A stretch of DNA of 22,469 nucleotides from Aquificaceae bacterium (GTDB lineage: Bacteria; Aquificota; Aquificia; Aquificales; Aquificaceae): NCBI GenBank assembly GCA_037924335.1, contig JAXSMZ010000025.1, positions 1 through 22,469 of the forward strand, in the 5' to 3' direction. Each line of letters starts with the position of its first letter. Positions within the stretch are counted from its first letter, which is position 1. Below the pieces are notes generated by a model that did not search any database, had not been told where the DNA came from, and saw only the letters and a program-made list of their open reading frames with translations. Both the position numbers and the translations under genes were made by a program. Positions 15,669 through 22,469 of this stretch are shown one piece after another.

Positions 15669-15678
15669 TTACAGAAAT

Positions 15679-18600
15679 ATGAAGGACATAGGCGAATACA
15701 ACCATAAAAAGGTAGAGATCAAGCATTCAAAGGAGTGGGTAGAGAAAGGCTTATACTCTATAGAAAAAGTCAAGAGAGAGAATAAGTTCTCCGTTGTGAT
15801 ACCGCCCCCAAACGTGACTGGCTCCCTGCATATGGGGCATGCCCTTAATGTGACCCTTCAGGATATTGTGTGCAGATGGCAGAGGATGATGGGTAAAGAC
15901 GTAGTTTGGGTTCCTGGCTTTGACCATGCGGGTATAGCCACTCAGTATGTGGTGGACAGGCAGCTCCAGAACATGGGGAAGAGCAGATTGGAGCTTGGAA
16001 GGGAAGAGTTTTTGAAGAAGGTCTGGGAATGGGTTCCTGTGTCAAGAAGTAGCATAAAAGAGCAGTTGGAAAAGATAGGGGTGAGCGTTGATTGGAAAAG
16101 GGAGAGATTTACACTTGATGAAGGCTTTTCAAGGGCTGTTAGATATGCCTTTAGAAAGCTTTACGAGGATGGGCTCATATACAGAGGGGAATACATAGTA
16201 AACTGGTGTCCTTATGACCTTACCGCCCTTTCTGACCTTGAAGTTGAGCATGAAGAGGAAGAGGGAAAGCTTTACTACATAAAGTACCCTTTTGAGGATG
16301 GTTCTGGGTACATAACTGTCGCCACCACAAGACCTGAGACTATGCTGGGAGACACAGCAGTTGCAGTGAATCCAAAAGATGAGAGGTACAAAGGCCTTTT
16401 GAGCAAAAGGTTGATACTTCCCTTAGTAAACTGGGGGAGGAAGACCTTAAAAGGTCAATATGTAGGAAACATAATACCGCTTATAGCTGATGAGAGTGTG
16501 CTTTCGGAGTTTGGGACTGGTGCAGTAAAAGTAACGCCAGCCCATGACCCCAATGACTTTGAGATGGGTAAAAGGCACAACCTTCCCTTCGTGGAAGTCA
16601 TGGATGAGTTTGCCCGTATGAACGAGAATGCTGGACCCTACTCTGGACTGAGCAGATACGAAGCAAGGAAAAGTATAGTGGAGAACCTTGAAAAGCTTGG
16701 ACTTTTGGAAAAAGTGGAAGGTTACAGGCATGCAGTTGGCAAATGCTACAGGTGTAAGACAGTTATAGAGCCAAGAGTATCCACTCAGTGGTTTGCAAAG
16801 GTTTCCGATGAGAGGATCAAAGGGGAGGCCATAAGGGTTGTCTCAGAAGGGAAAGTTAGGTTCATACCAGAAGGTTGGAAGAAGGTTTACCTTCAATGGA
16901 TGGAAAATTTAAAAGACTGGTGCATATCGAGGCAGATATGGTGGGGGCATAGAATACCAGTCTGGTACTGTAAAGATTGTGGCAACGAAAACGTCTTTAC
17001 TGACGATGATTTTGAAAGGCCTTATGACAAGCTGATCTTTAACCTCATAGCCGATGGGAGGATAGGCTACGAGTTTTTGCCAGAAGAGCTGGAAAAGGTT
17101 CTAAAAGAGCCATCCTTTGTCCATCCAGAGCTTAGTGTCTTGGATCTTTACAAGAAGTTTGCCTTTGATAAGTACCATTCTATGCAGGTGGATGCAAACT
17201 CTCTTAGGCTCTTCTTCGCACAGGATATGAACCCAATGGCCATAATCACAGAGAAAAAAAACATATACAGGTACAACAGGGAAAGTAAAAGCTATAAGTT
17301 TGTCCTAAGGTGTAAAAAGTGTGGTTCTGAAAACCTTCAGCAGGAAAAGGACGTTTTGGACACTTGGTTTTCCTCTTCCCTTTGGCCTTTTGCCGTCTTT
17401 GGCTGGCCAGAAAGGACAAAGAGCTTAGAGAGTTTATACCCTACTGACATTCTCATCACTGGCTTTGACATCATATTCTTCTGGGTTGCAAGGATGGTAA
17501 TGATGGGAACTTACTTCATGAAGGATATACCCTTTGGAGATGTTTACGTACATGCCCTCGTTAGGGATGAGAAGGGGCAGAAAATGTCAAAAACAAAGGG
17601 AAACGTGATAGACCCACTGGACATAATAGAAAAGTACGGAGCAGACGCTCTTAGGTTTACTCTCTCCATCCTTACACAGCAGGGAAGGGATATAAAGCTT
17701 TCTGAAAAAAGGTTTGAAGGATACAAGCACTTTGCCAACAAGCTTTGGAACGCAGGAAGGTTCATCTTACTAAACTTAGACGGGGACCTTCTCCAAAGCC
17801 TTCCTTACGGGGCACCACCAAAGACGGAAGACTTATGGATCCTAACAAAGCTAAACAAGACAGTATACAGGGTAAAGGAGGCACTCTCCAATTACGAGTT
17901 CTCTGATGCTTGTCGTGCTATATATGAATTCGTGTGGAGTGAGTTTTGCGATTGGTACCTTGAGATGTCAAAGCTGAGGCTTTACGCAAAGCCAAGGGAA
18001 GAAGGAGAAGAGACAAGAATAAAACAAGAGAGAATAACAGCCCAGGCTACGCTTCTGAGTGTTTTTGATAGAATTTTAAAACTCTTGCATCCCTTCATGC
18101 CTTACATAACGGAGGAGCTTTGGAAAACGCTTCCCACATCTTACACAGAAAGCATATCCATACAAGAGTATCCCAAGCACAACCCTCAGGAGGTCTACCC
18201 AGAGCATGAGGAGAAAGTAGAAAGGCTGAAAGGTATAATATCAGCAATAAGGTCCTTAAGAAGTGACCTAAGGATAGAGCCGTCAAAGAGGATAAAGCTA
18301 TACTACAGAGCTGACGAGTCTGAAAAGCTTGTGGAAGAGTTCAGAGATCACATTCTGAGCCTTTCACGCCTTGAAGAGCTTACAAGGGTGGAAGAAAGAC
18401 AGGCCAGCGCCATATCTGGCTATTTTAGAGACTTTGAGTTCTTTATACCTCTGGAAGAGGGCATAAAAGTAGACGAGCTCTTGACCTCTTACAGAAAAAG
18501 GTATGAAGAGGTTTTAAGGTCTTTAGAGAACATAGATAAAAAGCTAAGCAACGAGAACTTTCTAAAGAGAGCTCCAGAGGAAGAAGTAGAAAAGGCAAAA

Positions 18601-18693
18601 GCTATAAAAGAAGAGCTTACCCATGAGAGAGATAAAACAGCCATGCTTATAAAAAGCCTTGAATCTGTAAAAACTTCTGCCGTAAATTCATAA
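15679..18693 (+). CDS. valS: Valine--tRNA ligase with a large insertion
   Basis: PPPNVTGSLHMGHA (HIGH), ATTRPET, GTGAVKVTPAHD, DWCISRQIWWGHRIP, DVLDTWFSS, KMSKTKGN, C-terminal coiled coil KLSNENFLKRAP. Confidence 0.98.
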   Translation: MKDIGEYNHKKVEIKHSKEWVEKGLYSIEKVKRENKFSVVIPPPNVTGSLHMGHALNVTLQDIVCRWQRMMGKDVVWVPGFDHAGIATQYVVDRQLQNMGKSRLELGREEFLKKVWEWVPVSRSSIKEQLEKIGVSVDWKRERFTLDEGFSRAVRYAFRKLYEDGLIYRGEYIVNWCPYDLTALSDLEVEHEEEEGKLYYIKYPFEDGSGYITVATTRPETMLGDTAVAVNPKDERYKGLLSKRLILPLVNWGRKTLKGQYVGNIIPLIADESVLSEFGTGAVKVTPAHDPNDFEMGKRHNLPFVEVMDEFARMNENAGPYSGLSRYEARKSIVENLEKLGLLEKVEGYRHAVGKCYRCKTVIEPRVSTQWFAKVSDERIKGEAIRVVSEGKVRFIPEGWKKVYLQWMENLKDWCISRQIWWGHRIPVWYCKDCGNENVFTDDDFERPYDKLIFNLIADGRIGYEFLPEELEKVLKEPSFVHPELSVLDLYKKFAFDKYHSMQVDANSLRLFFAQDMNPMAIITEKKNIYRYNRESKSYKFVLRCKKCGSENLQQEKDVLDTWFSSSLWPFAVFGWPERTKSLESLYPTDILITGFDIIFFWVARMVMMGTYFMKDIPFGDVYVHALVRDEKGQKMSKTKGNVIDPLDIIEKYGADALRFTLSILTQQGRDIKLSEKRFEGYKHFANKLWNAGRFILLNLDGDLLQSLPYGAPPKTEDLWILTKLNKTVYRVKEALSNYEFSDACRAIYEFVWSEFCDWYLEMSKLRLYAKPREEGEETRIKQERITAQATLLSVFDRILKLLHPFMPYITEELWKTLPTSYTESISIQEYPKHNPQEVYPEHEEKVERLKGIISAIRSLRSDLRIEPSKRIKLYYRADESEKLVEEFRDHILSLSRLEELTRVEERQASAISGYFRDFEFFIPLEEGIKVDELLTSYRKRYEEVLRSLENIDKKLSNENFLKRAPEEEVEKAKAIKEELTHERDKTAMLIKSLESVKTSAVNS

Positions 18694-18695
18694 AT

Positions 18696-19064
18696 ATGCC
18701 CACTGCTCTTTACTTATTCTTTGCCCATTTGGTAGTTATTGCTCATTTCTCTTGGATACTTTTCTTAACCTTTGGTTCCTTCCTTGGTGTTAAGAACAGA
18801 TATGTAAAGTATCTCCATATATCTGGTTGGTTCTTTGCCCTTTTTTTAACCGTATCTGATTTATACTGCCCTCTAACTTACTTGGAACAGTGGCTTAGGA
18901 AAAAAGCAGGTGTTCAAAGCTATGAGGGGTCTTTCATCATACATTACCTGGAAAAGGTTATATACGTGGAATTACCGCCAGACGTTCTCCGACTAGGGAC
19001 TTTAGCCCTTTTCCTTTTTAACATGCTGTTGTACACAAAGAAGAGTAAAAAAGTAGTGGTATAA
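18696..19064 (+). CDS. DUF2784-family membrane protein
   Basis: VIAHFSWILF, YLH, CPLTYLEQWLRKKAG, SFIIHYLEKVIY motifs; three hydrophobic segments. Confidence 0.82.
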   Translation: MPTALYLFFAHLVVIAHFSWILFLTFGSFLGVKNRYVKYLHISGWFFALFLTVSDLYCPLTYLEQWLRKKAGVQSYEGSFIIHYLEKVIYVELPPDVLRLGTLALFLFNMLLYTKKSKKVVV

Positions 19065-19087
19065 TATTGATCACACTTCTCAGGAGG
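19057..19087 (+). promoter_or_regulatory. Extended -10 (TGgTATAAT, 19057-19065) and SD GGAGG (19083-19087) of ccsAB
   Basis: Read directly; the -10 overlaps the DUF2784 stop codon. Confidence 0.62.
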
Positions 19088-19093
19088 TAAATG

Positions 19094-20383
19094 ATGAACC
19101 TTTACGAGTATGAAGCTTATGAGAAGATATTTAAGAAATATGGGATCCCAACCCCTAAATATATGTTTGATAGTATGATAAGCGACAGGCTTGTAGAGTT
19201 CATAAACCAGCTCGGTGAATGCGTAGTCAAATCTCAGGTTCTTGTAGGCAAAAGGGGGAAGGCTGGAGCCGTTAAAGCATGCTTTGACCCTCAGATGGCT
19301 GTAGAAACTGCTGGAAGCCTTCTTAACTACCCTGTTTACGGCGAGATGCCAGTCGGTGTTCTAATCGTGGAAAAGGCCAACATACTAAAAGAGCTTTACG
19401 CATCCATAACATACTCAACGGAGGTTAGATCTCCAGTCTTGACTCTTAGCCTTGAGGGTGGGATGGACATAGAAGAAGTCCCGTCAGAAAAGGTAAAGAC
19501 CTGGGAGATAGACCCTCTAAAAGGGCTTTATCCGCATATGGTTAGGAATTATCTCCTTGAGCTTGAATTTCATGTGGAGTACATGGGAGTGCTGAGAGAA
19601 CTCTCTGAAGTTATAGCCAACATGTACAGAGCCTTTTGGGAAGCGGAGGCAAGGCTTCTTGAGATAAACCCCCTTGCCATATGCGACGTGGGTGGAAAGT
19701 TGAAAGTTTTAGCCCTTGATGCGGTTGTTACCATAGATGACGATGCTTCTGTTTCTCCTTCGAAGATATACGGTGTTAGAACTGCTATGAAGAGGCCACC
19801 AACGGAGAGAGAGCTGGAAGCATCCTTGATAGATAGAGATGACCACAGGGGGAAAGCAGGCTCTTACGTAGAAATGGACGGAGATATTGCCATGATGACC
19901 TTTGGAGGTGGCGGTTCAACTGTCACCATAGAAACATCCTACGCAGTTGGTCTAAAGCCTGCCAACTTTACGGACATAGGTGGGAACCCACCAGCGGAGA
20001 AGATGTACAAGATAACCCGCATAATCCTTTCAAAGCCTAACATAAGGGGGGTTCTTGTGTGCGGTGGTACTGCAAACAACACAAGGATCGATGTTACATT
20101 GGGTGAAGGCGTGGCAAACGCCATAAGAGACCTCTACAAGGAGGGTAAGCTAGACCCAAACTGGATGTGGGTTGTAAGAAGGAACGGACCAGAGGCTGAA
20201 AAGGGTCTTAGGATGCTCTATGAGGCTTTTAAGGAGTGCAAAGTTAAAGGTGAAATTTACGACTCTTCTTTGCCCCTTACAGAAGCTCCCATAAGACTAA
20301 AGGAGCTTCTTGATAGGTGCTCCTCTCTAAGCAAAGGGGAAGCCTCTTTAACTGAGGAGCAGGCAAAAGATTTGGGAATATAA
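19094..20383 (+). CDS. ccsA: Citryl-CoA synthetase large subunit (ATP-grasp, SucC/AclB-like)
   Basis: MNLYEYEA, VVKSQVLVGKRGKAG, EGGMDIE, LEINPL, MMTFGGGGS, ANFTDIGGNP, citrate-binding-type GGTANNTRID, VRRNGP; closely matches my recollection of Hydrogenobacter CcsA. Confidence 0.9.
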   Translation: MNLYEYEAYEKIFKKYGIPTPKYMFDSMISDRLVEFINQLGECVVKSQVLVGKRGKAGAVKACFDPQMAVETAGSLLNYPVYGEMPVGVLIVEKANILKELYASITYSTEVRSPVLTLSLEGGMDIEEVPSEKVKTWEIDPLKGLYPHMVRNYLLELEFHVEYMGVLRELSEVIANMYRAFWEAEARLLEINPLAICDVGGKLKVLALDAVVTIDDDASVSPSKIYGVRTAMKRPPTERELEASLIDRDDHRGKAGSYVEMDGDIAMMTFGGGGSTVTIETSYAVGLKPANFTDIGGNPPAEKMYKITRIILSKPNIRGVLVCGGTANNTRIDVTLGEGVANAIRDLYKEGKLDPNWMWVVRRNGPEAEKGLRMLYEAFKECKVKGEIYDSSLPLTEAPIRLKELLDRCSSLSKGEASLTEEQAKDLGI

Positions 20384-20398
20384 AATATGGAGGCAAGC

Positions 20399-21433
20399 AT
20401 GAAAAACTGGAAAGTGGGAACTTTATACCTCAACGACAGGACGAGGATAATAGTTATGGGTATAACTGGTAGGGAGGCTTCTCAGGTTGTGGCCGAATCG
20501 GAAGCCCTGTATCCTGGTTTCATAGTTGCAGGAGTTACACCTGGAAAAGGTGGAGCAGATGTTGCCGGCATTCCAGTTTACAACACTGTCAGAGAGGCTC
20601 AGAAGATACACCCGGAGATAAACACGGCCATAGTTTATGTTCCACCCCCTTCTGTGAAGGATGCTGTGATAGAACTTATAGATGCTGGGGTTAAAGTGAT
20701 ATTCATAATAACTGAACACGTTCCTATAAGGGACACAGTTTACTTCTATCATTACGCAAAAGAAAGGGGTGTTGCAATAGTAGGTCCTACATCCTTAGGT
20801 TGCATAGTCCCAAGCATACCGGCAAGGATAGGAGCCATAGGTGGGAAGGATCCATCCATAGCTTACGCAGATGGTGGGCTTGTCATCCTTTCCAAGTCCG
20901 GTGGATTGACAACGACTACCGCAGAGATGTTCAAAAGAAGAGGTTGGGGAGTTTACATGGCTCTGGCTTTGGGGGGTGATGTCATATCGTGCACGACCTT
21001 TGCGGACGTTTTGGAGAACATAGCAGATGATCCAAGGGTTAAAGGTGTTGTCATACAAGGAGAGGTGGGCGGTTCTTACGAGGAGAAGGCAGCCGAGACT
21101 GTACTGAGGCTTTGGAAAGAAAAAAGGTGGAACAAGCCAGTGGCTGTCTTTGTAGCTGGCAAGTTTCAGGAGGGACTTGAGGGTGTCTCATTCGGCCATG
21201 CTGGTGCCATAGTGGAAAGGGGCAAAGGAAGGGCAACTGATAAGATAAGGGCTTTCAACAAAGTTGGGAAAGAGACAGGCCTTGTGAAGGTGGCAGAGTT
21301 TTACCACGAGCTCGTTCATTGCATAGAAGAGCTTGGCGTCCCAAGGGACTTTGAGGACACAGCTCCAGAGGGCAAGGTAAAACCTCTTTACTCATCCATA
21401 GACGAAGAGACCTGCGAATTCAGAGCAGAATAA
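20399..21433 (+). CDS. ccsB: Citryl-CoA synthetase small subunit (CoA-binding, SucD-like)
   Basis: IIVMGITG, VAGVTPGKGG, IITEHVP, VGPTSLG, SKSGGL, GEVGG, phospho-His SFGHAGA; follows ccsA. Start ATG 20399 behind GGAGG (20389-20393). Confidence 0.88.
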   Translation: MKNWKVGTLYLNDRTRIIVMGITGREASQVVAESEALYPGFIVAGVTPGKGGADVAGIPVYNTVREAQKIHPEINTAIVYVPPPSVKDAVIELIDAGVKVIFIITEHVPIRDTVYFYHYAKERGVAIVGPTSLGCIVPSIPARIGAIGGKDPSIAYADGGLVILSKSGGLTTTTAEMFKRRGWGVYMALALGGDVISCTTFADVLENIADDPRVKGVVIQGEVGGSYEEKAAETVLRLWKEKRWNKPVAVFVAGKFQEGLEGVSFGHAGAIVERGKGRATDKIRAFNKVGKETGLVKVAEFYHELVHCIEELGVPRDFEDTAPEGKVKPLYSSIDEETCEFRAE

Positions 21434-21453
21434 AAAAGAGGGCGAAAGCCCTC
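21432..21453 (-). terminator. Intrinsic terminator between convergent ccsB and DUF4382 gene
   Basis: Hairpin GAGGGC-GAAA-GCCCTC (21438-21453) with A6 at 21432-21437, which gives a U-tract on the minus strand. Confidence 0.8.
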
Positions 21454-22469
21454 AGTCCCATTCTCTTTCTATCTTTATTGCCTGATTGCTTGAATTTATC
21501 TTCACTTCCACAAGCCAGCCAGTCTGAAGGTTTGTAAAACAATCGTTGCCCGTCATGTAAACGTTTTTTTGATACTCGCAGTATGTGCTGCTTGTTATCT
21601 CTATGGGGTTGCTGTAAGTGTTTAAGTTGAAAGTGTTGGCTCCTTTGGCTGTTACATATCCTTTTAGCTTCATAACAGGTTGGCTCGGTGGAGGACTGGA
21701 AGACATCATATAACACTTTTGAGGATTTTCTGTTTCTATCTTTACAGCTGTTAAGGTTGAAGAGCTTGTTAGGTCTGCATTGCTTTTTATTTCAAGGCAC
21801 ATATTACTGTTTATCTGAGCGGTACAGTTTGTTCCTGAATAATAAACGCCATTTATTTCACAGACAGTGCCTTGAGTTATATTGACGGTGTAAGTCTTCC
21901 CCATCCATGTACCTGTGATCGTGTTGTTCTGGGAGTTCACACTCTGTACTGTAAGGTAAACTTTGTAATAGGTAGGCATGCTATCTTGCGGTGTAAGAGG
22001 CATCATCTTTACCTCTGTTACCTGCCAAGGGGTAGCACTTTGGTTCACGTCAAAGTCTTTCAGCTTGAAATCCACAATGAGCTTACCAGTAGAGAAGGGC
22101 TGGACTGTACCGTTAAACCTTATGTAGCATCTGCTATCACACTGCACAGTGTTGGGTTTGTTTGGCTTTTCTTGCATGGGTGTAAAGATGGCAGCATGAG
22201 AGTTTCCCGACCCATCAACTATGGTTAGGTTTTTATCCATTACAACCTCAAGCCTGTTGTAGGTAGCTTGGGGTATGTTGGAGGTGTTTATGTACTGGAG
22301 GATACCTTTTAGCTTGCTTAGGTCCACCTCAAGACCTTGCTGGTTTGTAAAGAGATTAACCTTGTTCTGGCACTGGTAGTCTGAGCAGAGGTTTACCTCG
22401 TAAACTTTTACAAGAACTGAAGAATAAACATCCGCCGGTGTGTCTGTAAAGTACAAAGAGACACTGCCT
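21452..22469 (-). CDS. DUF4382-like plus two DUF5666-like repeats; Cys-paired exported/lipoprotein (5'-truncated by window edge)
   Basis: Open to the window edge (GSVSLYFTDTPAD..., VKVYEVNL, VDLSKL, YNRLEV, LIVDF). Two C-terminal repeats of ...IT.xT.CE.....G..C...[IL]...[LV]E[IV]K; Thr/Asn/Ser/Gln-rich. Confidence 0.7.
   Translation of the reverse strand, partial: GSVSLYFTDTPADVYSSVLVKVYEVNLCSDYQCQNKVNLFTNQQGLEVDLSKLKGILQYINTSNIPQATYNRLEVVMDKNLTIVDGSGNSHAAIFTPMQEKPNKPNTVQCDSRCYIRFNGTVQPFSTGKLIVDFKLKDFDVNQSATPWQVTEVKMMPLTPQDSMPTYYKVYLTVQSVNSQNNTITGTWMGKTYTVNITQGTVCEINGVYYSGTNCTAQINSNMCLEIKSNADLTSSSTLTAVKIETENPQKCYMMSSSPPPSQPVMKLKGYVTAKGANTFNLNTYSNPIEITSSTYCEYQKNVYMTGNDCFTNLQTGWLVEVKINSSNQAIKIEREWD

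Noticed and set aside
15541..15726. 62-aa N-terminal extension of purC in the ORF track
   Set aside because: PurC homology starts at MEKLYEGKAK (15540), a -10 box sits right before it, and the extension would overlap valS.
16984..17310. Intein in valS
   Set aside because: No N-terminal Cys/Ser splice block, no His-Asn terminus and no LAGLIDADG motif.
19094..21433. Annotation as sucC/sucD or aclB/aclA
   Set aside because: Lacks the SucC GGIxRCD-type loop, has GGTANNT instead, and the small subunit lacks the C-terminal citrate-synthase-like domain of AclA.
1..22469. CRISPR arrays, tRNA/rRNA genes, T-box or FMN riboswitch leaders for proS/valS/ribF
   Set aside because: No repeat-spacer periodicity was seen, and intergenic gaps are too short or lack the motifs; ribF is translationally coupled to the NYN gene.

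Overview
A densely packed, mostly housekeeping region from a thermophilic Aquificaceae bacterium (Hydrogenobacter/Thermocrinis-like, judged from the citryl-CoA synthetase ccsAB pair). In order it holds: the 3' half of an IS200/IS605-family tnpB with a readable omega-RNA/right end that overlaps the last codons of tonB; apbE-exbB-exbD-tonB; glyA; a four-gene small-GTPase module (MglB roadblock, MglA GTPase, triple PATAN/DUF4388-like protein, heme-c DUF3365+HAMP membrane sensor with no output domain); proS; a three-gene cluster (membrane/coiled-coil protein with a RelE-like C-terminus, an archaeo-eukaryotic eRF1/Pelota-type factor, an NYN/LabA nuclease) followed by ribF; a PflX-like radical SAM gene; a PA2779-like double-glycine protein plus C39 peptidase; purC; valS with a ~109-aa insertion; a DUF2784 gene; ccsA-ccsB; and a partial DUF4382/DUF5666-like exported protein. 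The best candidates for undescribed systems are the RelE-like/eRF1-like/NYN cluster (possible ribosome-rescue or mRNA-surveillance module) and the heme-sensor-coupled MglAB module. All family calls come from motifs recognised by eye; no searches were run.
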